DNA of 64,000 nucleotides from Callorhinchus milii (Eukaryota), in contig NW_024704831.1 of NCBI RefSeq assembly GCF_018977255.1, positions 124,001 through 188,000 of the forward strand, written 5' to 3'. Numbering within the stretch: the first letter of the stretch is position 1; each line of letters opens with the position of its first letter. The notes under the pieces were generated by a model. That model did no database searches and was not told where the DNA came from. It was given only the letters and a program-made list of their open reading frames with translations. The position numbers and the translations under genes were made by a program. Shown piece after piece: positions 22,833 through 36,104 of the stretch.

Positions 22833-25262
22833 CTGTAAAACAACAGATTTGAAAGCATTAATTCTTGGATCACATTCAGGCTATGTTTTAATGAAAGCAA
22901 CAGACAAATCTGAAATGATTTGCCAATAAAATCTGTGTATGCTACACGTGTAAATTGAATACTCATGATGCATTTGTAAAACCAGTCCATTGGACTCACT
23001 ACAAAATTGTCCAAAACAAACAACACATGAATAGTATTTTCCAAAACAAGTTGCTCCATGTTACAATTACAGTACCTCAAGTTTGGGGTATTTATTTTTT
23101 TCAATATTATTAAATACATTTTTAAAAAGTGCTGAAGCCATCATGTTATTTCCACCCACAGGAAACCTGTCATATTATAGAACCTGTAGCTTTGTTCTAC
23201 CCTGGGAAACTCACAAAATGAAGCTAAAATGTGCTCACCGATGCATTTTCAAATACAATATATATATAATAATTATCACTGTATATAAACAACTCTAGAA
23301 AAAACTACAAATTAAACAAAGATCTGATCAGAACATCCAGCCTGAAATTAATTCTGCCAGCATTAATTCCACTAAAAATCCTAGGTCAGTGAGGAGACAG
23401 AACCAATTGTTGTCCTGTAGGTGTTACATACTGTACATTCTGAGTCCCGAACTCCTTCCTAAAGTCCAAATGAGGCAGCTTCAAAGAAACACATTTTGTT
23501 ATCTGTGACAATAAAACAATTCTGCTTATCATGGCCACCATACAGAACTCCTCCCCCTAATATTGCTTATATGCCTGAACCTTAAGAGGATCACACTGGT
23601 AGGCTATTAAGTGTTGAGGTTATGTTAAGACATGGTTAAAGCTAAGTATGCATTTCTTTTGAGACCAGTCCTTGGTCTGTGCCTCACTACTGGACTATTT
23701 TGCATTTAGCCCTGCTACAGCAGCTCACAAAGCACATTATCTGCTAATCCAAACTGGCACCTGTCAGAGCTCAGCACGTCTGCTACACAAGTGCAAAATA
23801 CACACTCACATTTATCCTCTGTCTTCAATGTCCACTTTTAATTTGATGACTTATTTGGTTTTCCTTTGAAGATACAAAATCACAAATTCAAGGATGCCTA
23901 ATTTCTTTACATAAGCAAAACTTTCCATTGTATTCTGTACAGAAAATCCAGTGTACAACTGGAATTGAACTCACCTGTTCTCTGGGTACCAGCTCACCAA
24001 GACACTTACTCCTATGCCACACAAGGGGCAATTTGGAAAAATTCCACATTAAAATGTACATCAGGGCATAAACACAAGCTGGAAAATTAGGTAGACACAA
24101 CTAATAACTCATGCAAGAATCTGGCCCCATTTGGATATAAATGGAATGCGATTTGGAAGTCTCCACCCAAGGGAATCAGTGGTTCTATTTGGTAGTTAAA
24201 TGGCATGTCACCAGTCACCAGTAATTGAGTAACTGGCAGGTACTTTTCAGACTGAAGAAGGATATGAGGGAAGAAGCAACAGAGTGACCATGGATTTGAA
24301 GTGGCCCAAAGTCAACAATGAATTGTTTCAAAATATGTGTCTGACTCCATCAGTCAGGCCTCAAAATAAACCAACGGAATACAGGGCCAAGAAATAACAG
24401 AACTCTTGGTCCACAATAAAAGTATTCACAGCAATAGAAACAAAAAAGATACAGAATACTTCATACACAGTTCACTTAGATTTGAGCAGGGCTTTCAGAA
24501 AGGTTTCCGGTGTGAGAGAGCAGTTGCACTCAGTTCAATTACTTTTCCATCAGAGCATTCACAAACCCACTCTAACTTTTCTGTTGCCTAGCGCACTGGC
24601 CTTAATCTCGCAGCTCAGTGTAATTTAAATCTCGGCAGGAGATGAATCAATAGGCCCTACACATCTTATTTGAAAGATTCAGGCAGTAGAAGTATCAAAT
24701 ATAAAAGGCAATATTGCAACCCAGTTGCCAGACCATTGTCTCTCCCAAAAATCTCTCCATATGGCAGAGTTCAGCATCCAATATTCTAACGTGTTTCAGG
24801 TCCAAAGACATTCAAATCTGAAGCACACATCAAAACAAAATGTATCTTCCCTACAGATAGTGGAAAAAAATCCTAAACTCCAAACACAATAATAGAGACA
24901 GTCTGCAGCAGCCTGATAATATTTCCATTAAAAGTGTTTGATTGAATCAGCAGGGTAGATATTGGAAGGTACTTTCTGAAACTGCTTCAGCGGTAAATGA
25001 AACACGTGACCCAGCACAAAGTTTAAAAAAGGCACTTCAGTCTCAGGCTCCATAATAGAAGCCCCAAAGAAGCTGATTTTTTTGTATAAAGAGCAGCAGC
25101 TCACATTAAACTTACCCATCACACAGATAGCCAAGCTGTTTCCAATTTCATCCCCTGTAGTTCCTAATGGCTTCTGCTTATTACATCAAATCTGGCATTT
25201 GTGATCCAGTGGCGAAAGATCTGGATTTATGCATTTTGCTCAAACCTCAGCTTTCCTTCAGA

Positions 25263-25680
25263 CTTTTCTCTCTCACTCTCTTTCACATGCTCACTCTCTT
25301 TCACACACTCACTCTCTCTTTCATACACTCACTCTCTCTTTCATACGCTCACTCTCTCACACGCTCACTCACACTCTTTCACACGCTCACTCACACTTTC
25401 ATACGCTCACTCTCTCACACGCTCACTCTCACACTCTCTTTCACACGCTCACTCTCTTTTATACACTCACTCTCACACGCTCACTCTCACTCTTTCACAC
25501 ACTCACTCACACGCTCACTCTCTTTCATACGCTCACTCTCTCACACGCTCACTCTCTCTTTCACACACGCTCACTCTTTCACACGCTCACTCTCACACTC
25601 ACTCTTTCACACACTCACTCTCTCACACGCTCACTCTCATACACTCACTCTTTTACACACTCACTCCCTCACACTCTTCC
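25263..25680. repeat. (CACACGCTCACTCTCTTT)-like CA/CT minisatellite
   Basis: Visible tandem array; source of the spurious HTL/SH ORFs. Confidence 0.95.
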
Positions 25681-26226
25681 ACAAAGTCCACTTTCCCCCA
25701 TCTCTGCAACATCACCCACCTCCATCTACCACGACCTCACCCGCAATGCTGCCAAAACCCTCACCCAAACCTTTGTCACCAGACTCAACTTTTTTCAACA
25801 TCCTACTCACCCGCCTCCAGATTAGTTTTTCACATATATTTTTGTGGGTGTTTTGTCGTCGTCCCCCCCCCTCCAAAAAAAAATAGTCAATTCACTTTAC
25901 AGTAAATTCTGTGAGGCGCTTTGAGACGTCTCAAAGATGTGACTAGGAGCTATATCAAATGCAAGGATTATTATTATTATTATTATTATCTCCTCCAGTA
26001 CCTTCCCAGTACCAGGCTCCGCGAGTCCATCACTCCTATCCTTGCCCAGCTCCAATGACTCCCACTCACTCCCCCAGCGCATCAACTTTAAGATCCTTGT
26101 AGGCGCGATAACAAATGGAAGGATTATTACTGTCCTCGCCTTCAAATGGCTCTCCTCAGCAGTGATCTATTCCCCTGGTCGTTTCCTCCATCAACTCTGG
26201 CCTGCTCACGTCACTCTCTTTCTTAT

Positions 26227-26620
26227 CTCACACACACACTCTCTCTCACTCGCACACACTTCCCCCACCCCCTCTCTCCGGCACACACTCACTCTCTCGC
26301 ATTCTCTTTTACACACTCGCTCTCTCACTCTCTTTCACACGGCTCACTCTCTCTTTCACACGGCTCACTCTCTCTTTCACACGCTCACTCACACTTTCAT
26401 ACACTCACTCTCTCACACGCTCACTCTTTCACACGCTCACTCACACGCTCACTCTCTTTCATACACTCACTCTCACACGCTCACTCTTTCATACGCTCAC
26501 TCTCTCTTTCACACGCTCACTCTCACACTCACTCTTTCACACACTCACTCTCTCACACGCTCACTCTCACACACTCACTCCCTCTCCCTCTCTCTCTCTG
26601 TGTGTGTGTGTGTGTGTGTG
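26227..26620. repeat. Second copy of the CA/CT minisatellite followed by (CT)n(GT)n
   Basis: Same unit as 25263-25680. Confidence 0.95.
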
Positions 26621-26624
26621 AGAC

Positions 26625-27575
26625 ACGCGCTATCGGACGCGCTCTCGCTTTTGACAGTTGGGGCTTTGAATCTTCGCGCCTTTGGCCTCGCGCGGCCGAA
26701 CGGCTGCCGCGAGCGTGAGTGAGCGAGCGAGCGAGCGAGCGCGTGCGGGGGAGGAGAGGGGGGGGGGGGGGGGGAGCGGCACGTGACCCGCCTCCCAACC
26801 GCCAGTTGGGCGCTCGCGGCTTCCTCTGTCCCGGATTGCGGTTCCTCTGCTTCCCCTTTCGGTGTGACCATTCCTTCAGCCCGACACTGCCTTACGCAAT
26901 GGCCACCCAGAGGTTGGCCAACTTCTAGTGCGAGAAGCCAGCGCATTGGTGTGGCGGCTCACCAGGCGTCCAGTCAACACGCGTCCATATGAGGCCTGTG
27001 CCCTCAGGTGACCCGCACCCGAACCGGCCGGAGCCCTCGTGGCGTTGCCTCGTATTTTTTCTTTGCAATGCCTGTGGGTAAAGTGTCCCAAGTTTTGTGA
27101 GGAGAAAACGTCAACGTTTTTCCAGTTTTCTTCAAAAAAAAAGGGGGTGGTGGTGGGGGGGGGAAAAAAAAAGAGGCAGACCCAGGCAAGTTTACAGCGG
27201 TCTGTACTTTTTAATGGCTTTCGTCGGCAATCAACAGATGTAGCGGACCACAAATTACATTGCACTTCACACAGAACTTGAGTATCGTCGGAACTAAGGC
27301 ACGGAACGGACCTGGCCTTTAAATTATCTCCACGCCGATAATTTCGAAGGAGCCAGCAAATAAACTCGACGAGAATCGCAGAGCCGTGTTTAAGCATCGA
27401 TAGGACGAGAGGAGCGGCGAGAGGAGCGCCAGCTCTCGTCACCATGGCTACAGGATCCATCACCCACTGCCAAGCTCCAGTTTCCTGAGGCGCTTTCCCC
27501 TCAAGGAAGACGACGCCGTGCGAGGAAATTGGGTAACCGTCAAGGTGAGACACACACGAGAGACCCCGGGGGTCA
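26625..27575. promoter_or_regulatory. CpG island, probable C1orf167 promoter or 5' end
   Basis: High CpG/GC against AT-rich flanks; (GAGC)n; E-box CACGTG near 26780; lies upstream of C1orf167. Confidence 0.6.
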
Positions 27576-28825
27576 CATATAAAGCAACATTGGCCCCCTG
27601 AGATTTGGCAGTTTCATATTCTCATTGCTAAGCAGTCAAGGGGTACAAAGTAACATTTATTTGATTTAATTGGCACTATTTTCCTCCCCCCTCCTCTTCC
27701 CCCGTGCAGGGTAAGTCCATAGCAATCAGGTGCAGGAACCCTGGCTATTTCCCCATTCAAACCCAAAAGCACTGGGCCAGTTTCTGATCTTTTTCTGCCA
27801 CCCCTGCCCTGTCCCGCCCCACTCAATCACGGGAAAATATTTTTGTTTCATTCAGCTGCAGACTCAGCAAAATTGGCAGGCAACTATCAGACTAATTATA
27901 ATATTCTACGACTTCAATCGGGGATCCCATTTTTATACAGTCCCATTACCATAGTGGCATTGAGCACTGCACCCACTGTAGCCTGAGAGACAGCTGCTGC
28001 TTTTGTATAATGAGAGCAACTCACCCTTACTTAGCAAGACATACACTGAGCATTTGGACTGACCATTACAAACATAAGCCAACAGTGCTTCCTGTAAACC
28101 TAAGGCACATAGTATCTATACATGGTATTGTACATCATGTACATCTTACAACTTTAATAGTTTTCTGAAGCTGTCTTGCTGCCTGCGGATGTGCCAGGCT
28201 GGTGATGCGGCTCCTGAGTATCGATGGTCTGGTATGAAGTTCGATCCCGATTACCACTTAAATCTGGGAAACCTGTACGGAATGATTCATAGAGAAGAGT
28301 CACTCTCCTGATGGCACAAACATTGAAATCTTTTGAGGGGGAAGAGATTGGGAGACTCTTGGGAGGCTGATGTCCGAGGTTTCCGCATCACAAAGGCGCC
28401 ATGTGTCCTGTAATATCATTCAGGAAACTCAACCAATCAATCCTCTTTTTACAAACTATCATCTCATTTGTCCTCCCGCAGTGAATAGACACTGTAAATC
28501 CACAGGCGAGTTTGCAAGATTCTGCCAGTGACTCAATTAGTTATCAGTGCTCATGGTCTCCTATTTCAAACTTCCTATTATTTAAACTCACTCCATTAAA
28601 AAACACATTTGGTTTGACTTTGCGAAAGCATTAGTCAATAGCAGAATATTTTGCAATACCCCAATTGTAACTGCAGCAATGTATTAAATACTAAGGATCA
28701 CTTTGGCTCCCCCAAAACAAAAAAGATTGTGTCAGGCTTAAAGTTTATAAGAGGTGTGCTGCTTATGCCAATTGTGAGCAGGCATTATTTTTAAGAATAA
28801 GCGCAGAAGTTACTGAGCACAAGTA

Positions 28826-28907
28826 ACCTACTGAATTCTGTTATGGTCCAATACTTGTTTTCTCCATGGAGAAAACAAGTATTGAACCATAACAGAATTC
28901 AGTAGGT
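28826..28907. repeat. 82-bp palindrome, 41-bp arms, no spacer, one mismatch
   Basis: ACCTACTGAATTCTGTTATGGTCCAATACTTGTTTTCTCCA|TGGAGAAAACAAGTATTGAACCATAACAGAATTCAGTAGGT. Confidence 0.97.
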
Positions 28908-29504
28908 AGTAATAGCAGACAATTGGGTTCCCATTCTCTACAAAGGTAAGCACTTGAAATCTATACGGAGGAAAGGAATGGGGCAGCTACTGTTGGCATT
29001 CCATCCTATTAGTGAATAAGCAAGCAGTATACATCCTGCTCACAGTTGCTTTGCAATACAGGTACTAACAGACGCACATGTTCGCTTATTTTCCCCAAGA
29101 AGTACCTAAGCACAGACTGCCAAGGCAGCCCAATAGGAGATTATGGTTGTGAGACCAAGTCCAACTCATCCACAGACAACTCCACCAAAGCTCAATGTAC
29201 AAGGAAAAACAAACATTCAAATTCTTCATAGCTTTGATAACATCCCCATTTCAAGAAGAACTTAAAGTACCATAATGTGAAAAAAAAATGTTTATATAAA
29301 ATGAAAAATGTAAATTTATAACAATGCAGATCTTGGTGAAGGACAGAGGATGAAACAATAGCAGCAGAGTTTCCGCACGGCAGAGAGACGGTATGAATGC
29401 TGGATGTTCACCCATTAAGACAGAAGGGTTCTGGACTGCAGCTAAAGGAGGGATTTGTGTAGGAAAGGTGCAGGCGGACTGGAAGAAAGGCAGAGACAGG
29501 TGGT

Positions 29505-32500
29505 TCAGTAGGAGCGGCCATAGGGGGAGCTGGATTCAACACTATCGCACGTAAACCTGCTGTCAATGGAGGCGTCCAGGTCTGAGATGGAAAGAGCAGG
29601 AAAATTGGAAAGGTCACACAGGAAGGGGAAAAGCATACATAAATACATAAAACCATATGCACACAGACAGTCGTAATGACACCTTCAGAATAGACATAAG
29701 GTAACTCATTAATATCTGCATTTACAAACAAGAAACATCATGACTGAGTGCAATCAAAAAGAGCCCTTCATCCCCTCCTATCATCATGCTTCTACTCAGA
29801 CCTGTTCCTTTGGCAAAACAAATTGGATTCCTGCATTCTGTGCAAACTACGACTAAAACGAGAGCTGTGATCAAGGGATAAGCCACATACTTTGTAACCT
29901 TATCAAAACCATTGAGATTCATAATTCCTCTTATGTATATGGATGAAAATGGTCCAAATGATGGTCTTTCCTAAATAATTTCTGCTGTTTCAGCACTACA
30001 GGAGCATGATGGAGCCAGAATGTGTGTGCTCTTGGATCTAATTAAACTTTGTGGGGGTTAGGAGAAGAACTACACTGCCATCTCTAAATTCTGAAGATTA
30101 CCTAGAGCCTGAGTTGCTGCACCTTCCTCCCCTCCCCTAAGCCTCGCGGAAGTTCGCTAACCCCTAGTCTGCTCTTACCAAGGTTCAGGTTGTAGTCTCC
30201 TCCACGCTCTTTATACATCTGATACACAAAGAGACAGGAAACTGGCTTCAAAAGGAGGCTGAGAATGGCCATGCCAACACTGAAGCGGAACTGGTCTTGA
30301 ATGGCTGTTACTTGACCTGCTGCTGAACGCTCGTAACTGACAGCAATGTGGATGATGTCTGTCAGAATGGTCAGTAACATGCCAACCAGAACCTGCAAGA
30401 GAAACGTAGACAAGAACTGAAACGTTAGGTTATTTACCAACCAACAAGTCTCAGGAATAGATACAGGCAGCAACAACAACAAAATTACATTTATAGAGCG
30501 CCTTTCACGTCGGGAGGACGTCCCAAGGCACTGGACAGTCAGGGGTCAGTACCCGAGTATGGGGGAGGGGTGGGGTAGGAGTGAGGGAAGGCAGAGAGGT
30601 AGGAGGGCGACCGAAGGCACGATCGAAGAGGAGGGTCTTGAGACTGGCCTTGAAGGAGGCAAGGGAGGGAGTGAGGTGAAGGGACTGTGGTCTAGAGTTC
30701 CGGAGTGCGGGAGCAGAGAGGCTGAAAGCTCGGCCACCGTTGGTAGGGCGGGTCAGGCAGGAGACTACAGCAATTTTGGCAGCAATCCAAGGGATAAGAT
30801 CAACTGACCATGGGAAGGAGGAAGAGACTACAACATCTGACCATGTTACAATGGAAGATGCTGTCAATCTGGAAACAGTTTGCTGGCATCAACCCAATGG
30901 TATTATGGGTATTAGGGGGTACTCACCATAGCAACAGCATCCACAGAGTCTCTCTGAGCAACAGCCCAAACACCAATGGCCAAAACAGTGTAATTGCTCC
31001 AAAGGTAGGGTACTGGAAGCCATTGTATCAGGCAACCCCTGACAACAGAAAAACAACATCAGTCATCCAAGTCTCACAAGAAAATCAGACCAGGGGAGCT
31101 TGACAACTGAGGTTAAATAGAGAAAAAAGCTGTGCTCAACAGTGCTGAGTGACTGGGAAGAGAGGTACATTTCCAGGTCCTAGGAAAGCTGAGATCAGAA
31201 GTTTCCAGTTTACTGGCCAATGGTGGGGTGTATTGGGTGGGGCCTGTGAAGTAACCCAGTGTTCACTGAGCGACGGGAGCAGCTGGGTCGGTATAGTTGC
31301 AGAAGGTCACATAGATAGAGTGGAGGTGAGATCATGAAGGGATTTTAATATGAGGTTGAGGGTCTTGAATTTGATCCACTGAATGTGGAGCTGAGCAAGG
31401 ATGAGAATATCAGGTTCAAGCAGTGTGGTCCAGGAGAGGGTACAACTGCAGACTTCTGGAGTTTGGGAGAACGTCTCAAAATGCCTTGCAAAGGAGCCTG
31501 ATCTGTGAGGTAGGTAGCCAAAAGCATAGTCAAAGAGGTAGTTCTTCAGGTGGGATTTGAAGGCAAGGGAAGTGGGCGAGACAGAGAGATTGGGCAAAGT
31601 GGCTAAGCCTGGTGGGCAGATTGTACAATGGTGGACAGATTGGTTGGAGGGACCCAAAGCAGGTGGCGAAGGAGTGGCCAGGGGAACAGGGTCACAGATT
31701 TAGGGTGATGCGAGGCCATGGAAGTTCTTCACAGGCACCATGAGCTGCAGTGAACGATTGGGAGAGATTATTATGGTCAGAGCTTGAAATGACGAAAGCC
31801 AAGCGGGTTCCTGCCCAGAGGACACTGCATCACGTATGTACTTTATGTACATTTTTCAGTTGGAGGGAAATCCGACATCTGGTGCATTTCATGGTCGTTA
31901 CAACACTGATTAAATTCAGGAGAGACCTGGAGGATAACACTGTGCGTGGTACAAAGAGCCAAGTGCCGTTCTCCTTCTGTGCTTTATGCAAACATCCACC
32001 TGCCTGCACACAACAGCAGCAGTTACATGGACACAGGCAGAATAATTATGCACTGCCTTGGGATGAATCAATCATGTCCCTATTCAACTAACACAAAGAG
32101 CACATATTCTGCTCTGAGACCTCTGCAGGGAGCGTGTCACTGATGGAGTTAAACCGCTCTGAGTTTGCAATCAGATGTTGCAGCTTCACCTTTTGTAAAA
32201 TAAATTTCACAACCCAGACACAGCTGCGTCTCTGATTTCCATCACTGTGTTGCACAAAGCTGTGTTTGATTTGCAAACATGAAACAAGTGCATCTTAATC
32301 GCTTCTGGTTTGAAGCTTGGCTGTTTTTAGGAGCAGGTTGCACTCACACCAGAACAAACTTGCATTAACGTGTTTTTTTGCATTCAAAACACGGTCACTG
32401 CACAAAAGAGTAGTTACTATGAGATATTCTGATATTATCGCCCACAAAAATGCAAATTCTTTATCTTTCCAGTCTCCCAAAGATCACAGTTACTTGTGAA

Positions 32501-35170
32501 ATTTCAAATATTGTAAACTCAGGAAAAGCTTAGAAGTTAAGGGACAAACATCTTGACTCTTTCTTCCTTTAACGTTCAGCCCTTGTACAAACACAATTAT
32601 TTTTGAGCACCACAACATGATTCTGATGCATCTTTAAGTAATAACTATGGGATCTAGCGGAGGATAACAGGCTCTCCTTCACAGAACAAACTGGAAAGCT
32701 TTCAAGAATGGCTTTCTTTGGGACAACATTACTCCTGAAAGAAAACATTGTTTTAAAGGATTGAGTAAGACCTTTCTTTTCGACCTTTCTTTTGGTCACC
32801 TTCCTCCCCCTCCCCCTGGTTTGGTCCCGTAATCCGTTACTGTGAAGCGCTCTGAGATGCCGTCCGGTGTAGAGGGCACTGTATAAATCCAAGTTGTTGT
32901 TATCACAAGTCAGCCAGTGATCCTAAATGCATTGTTCAGGAACTGAACTCACTGAAGAAGATACAAGTGGAAGGTTTTGACAGACTGGGATGCTACCATG
33001 TGTGAGGGCGTTACATAAATGCAGGTTGTTATTGTAACCTCTCTGCACCAGAATCAGAATCTGGAGCCTTCCAGAATAATGTTGAGTATTTTCCAATTTG
33101 CAATATTTTTATATAAACACTGGCTGATGTTGTTTGTATAAGCACTGGTTTCAGTGGGAAAAGGTGCAAATATAAAATAAGTGTATTCTACAAATAGGAT
33201 TTTGATCACAGATCAGTTGCCGATTGATTGCTGTGTTTGCCTACAAAAACCCAATCGTTTCACTTGATAGCAATTACCTGTGAAGCTCTTTGTGAATTCC
33301 AATGATCTAGGCACTCAGATACAAGATTTGATTATTATTAGTAGTAGTATTCACCAGTCGGTTGGAGGAAAAGCAAATAAAAGATTCAAGTATCCATCAC
33401 TTACCAAGTTGTCAGGAGCCAGTGGACTATGAGGATCATCTGTGGGAAGAAAATCCAGTTCATCCACAAGACACTTACACTATAAACAAAGCCCAAAAGA
33501 GCAACTTCCACAAATCCAGAATGATTCGTACGGCCTGGCCCAACCTCGTCTGCTTGGCCATCATGGGTATCTAAGAAGATCCTCCAGGTCAAGTCATATC
33601 ATGCTGGAAGAGACCTAATCCACAGCTTCTGAATAGACTGTGAACCATTCTATATGAATCTTAGCTTTCCTAAACAAGCTGCTTTTGTGTCCTTCTCACC
33701 AAATCCCAACAGCACATTGAGCCTATGCCTCATTAATGAAACGGGCACAGATGAGCAGGATTCATGTCCTCAGCCCGAACAACCTACAGCTCTTTAACTG
33801 GCTGTTTGCGGACAGCAGAAAGCGATTTGACTTTTTATTTCTTTGCTGTTTTCGGGGCATTGCTGTCGGAAAATTGGATGCTACATACACCTACAAAACA
33901 GTCACTGCACGTGACAGGAAACCTGTAAAGCGCTTTGAGACATCCGATGTGATACGTTTTGGGGCAGTGTATTTACTCGAGATAAGAAGTAAAACGTGAT
34001 ATACCAAATGCAAGGATTATTATTGATTTACTCTTATCAACGTACGTCAGTGCTTTGCACAAGGGTATTGACAGCAGAGATTGGATCTAGAATAAATCTA
34101 CACTGGCCAAAAACTTGTCTTGAGGACAACCCTATCCCTATGGTAGCTCTAAATTAAACTGCATTTTAATAACCCTACATTTAATACAAGAATAATAATA
34201 GTAATCCTTGCTTTTGATATAGCACCTTATTATGTCTTTGAGACGTTTCAAAGCGCTTCACAGAATATATTGTAAAGTGAATTAACTATACTTTGTGGGC
34301 AAAACGCAAGTTATATAGCGGCGTTAAGGTCGGGAGGATATCTCAAAACACTTCACATCATTCGTAAGTGCCAATTTGCGCTGAAAATTTGGGATTCGTT
34401 TTAGCCTCCGCTGGAAAGTCTGGGGAGAGAGATGGGGGGTGAGATGGGGGGGTGAGGGGGAGAGGTGGGGGGGGGTGAGGGGGAGAGGTGGGGGGGTGAG
34501 GGGAGAGGTGGGGGGGGTGAGGGGGAGAGGTGGGGGGGTGAGGGGGAGAGGTGGGGGGGGTGAGGGGGAGAGGTGGGGGGGTGAGGGGGAGAGGTGGGGG
34601 GGGGGTGAGGGGGAGAGGTGGGGGGGGTGAGGGGAGAGGTGGGGGGGGTGAGGGGAGAGGTGGGGGGTGAGGGGAGAGGTGGGGGGGGTGAGGGGAGAGG
34701 TGGGGGGGGTGAGGGGAGAGGTGGGGGGGGTGAGGGGGAGAGGTGGGGGGGGTGAGGGGAGAGGTGGGGGGGTGAGGGGGAGAGGTGGGGGGGGGTGAGG
34801 GGAGAGGTGGGGGGGTGAGGGGAGAGGTGGGGGGGGTGAGGGGGAGAGGTGGGGGGGTGAGGGGGAGAGGCAGAAAGGTCGGCAAAGCTGCCACGTTAGC
34901 TTCAGCCTCACTGAGGCAACACCTTGACCGGGTCTGACCTCACCCGGGGCCGGAGCTGCCCACACACCCAGGGCACAGAGCTAACATCTGCTCAGCAGAT
35001 GTGTACTCGCCCCTTTACATTGCACACCGCCGTTAAGGCCTATCCCCTGCCTAACTGACAGACATTAGCCGAGCCGGGCAGACTGTCAGGGGAGGGGAGG
35101 GGAGGGGAGTGGCGCAGCGCTCGCTGTCCTGGCGGCTCCTTACCTTCAGGCTGACCACTGGGAGTTCCAT
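29505..35170 (-). CDS. AGTRAP: Type-1 angiotensin II receptor-associated protein. Exons (minus): 35170-35144, 33439-33405, 31038-30927, 30392-30179, 29581-29505(TGA)
   Basis: MELPVVSLK|MILIVHWLLTTW|GCL...LAIGVWAVAQRDSVDAVAM|...RFSVGMAILSLLLKPVSCLFVYQMYKERGG; GT-AG introns in phase; synteny. Confidence 0.95.
30470..30760 (-). mobile_element. L2 LINE 3' fragment with (TTG)n tail
   Basis: Minus-strand peptide GRAFSLSAPALRNS-PQSL...SLASFKASLKTLLFDRAF, typical of an L2 ORF2 C-terminus, plus the GGGACGTCCTCCCGACGTGAAAGGCGCT 3' end. Confidence 0.85.
34423..34869. repeat. G-rich minisatellite of about 21 bp (GGGGGGGTGAGGGGGAGAGGT)n in AGTRAP intron 1
   Basis: Visible tandem array with G-quadruplex potential. 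Confidence 0.95.
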
Positions 35171-35197
35171 GGTCGCCACTCCGACCACCCGCTGCAC

Positions 35198-35232
35198 CAC
35201 GTGACTCCCGCTGGCTTGGCGGGTCACGTGAC
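35198..35232. promoter_or_regulatory. Tandem E-box/CLEAR motifs in the AGTRAP CpG-rich 5' region
   Basis: CACGTGAC at 35198-35205 and palindromic GTCACGTGAC at 35223-35232, 30-60 nt upstream of the ATG. Confidence 0.55.
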
Positions 35233-35414
35233 TCGGACACTCACTGGCGCGTGGTCCGCGGCCCGGGGTCCTAGAGAGAGGTTGGTGGGTTTTTCCTCAA
35301 AACCCACAGACAGGTCATAAAAATAGTCCTTACATTTGACACAGCGCTTCCTCACATGGTTAGAATCTCACAATGTTCGACACAGGAGAACAGTAACTGT
35401 AGTTTGTAGGTTTG

Positions 35415-35700
35415 CTTCAGCCACTTTTGCGCACAGCAATGTCCCACACACTGCCTGGAAGTGAATGAGGAATCATATCTGGAGGATTGTCAGCCAGAAT
35501 TCCCTTTTTTTCCCCCAATAGCGCCATGAAATCGTGAACATCCATTTGAGCAGGGCACAGACTCAGTTTAACGTCCTCAGCACCTCTGACGCTGTCACTC
35601 GCCCCAGTATTGTACTGTGAGCTCAAACTCTCACACATGGGGGAACCCACAACTTTGCGACTCAGATGTGAGAACGTGACCGACTGAACCAAGTTGACAC
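35415..35700 (-). mobile_element. Ancient Deu-type SINE remnant of a different family; similar remnants near 8590-8790, 14420-14660 and 36420-36612
   Basis: GCGCACAGCAATGTCCCACA core plus GAACCCACAAC...GACTCAGA...ACTGAACCAAG tRNA-like head in reverse. Confidence 0.55.
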
Positions 35701-36104
35701 CTGAATATGAGTAGAAGTGGGAAATAGTATTAAAAGCTTCACCACGATCAGGTGGGGGGGGTGGGGGGTGGGAGAACAAATCACAAAACCGAAACCTTTT
35801 GTAACAGTTTTTTTTATTGGCCGACATTAAATTAATCAGAAACCAATAAGCACACACGCGCTCAGTCACTACACAAATCACATGCAATACGACACAGATA
35901 CTATGACATTGCTTAGTCCTCCTTCCCCCCAACCTTGAGGAGAGGATGGGTACGATGCCTGCATTGAATTGTCCCAATAAGGAATGTTGAGGCTGCCTGG
36001 AGTGCGTTGCCGAGCCCAGACGGCAATATTTTATGGGGCCAGCTGCCAATGTGTTCTGGATTCGATCAGGAATATTCACAAGGGGGTGGATTCTGTGGGG
36101 GTTG

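Noticed and set aside
25167-26722. His/Thr/Leu/Ser-rich ORFs
   Set aside because: CA/CT repeat translations.
26876-27553. 225-aa minus-strand ORF in the CpG island as a separate gene
   Set aside because: No recognisable homology, crosses homopolymer runs, and GC-rich DNA has few stops.
34324-34965. Proline-rich ORFs
   Set aside because: G-rich minisatellite in AGTRAP intron 1.
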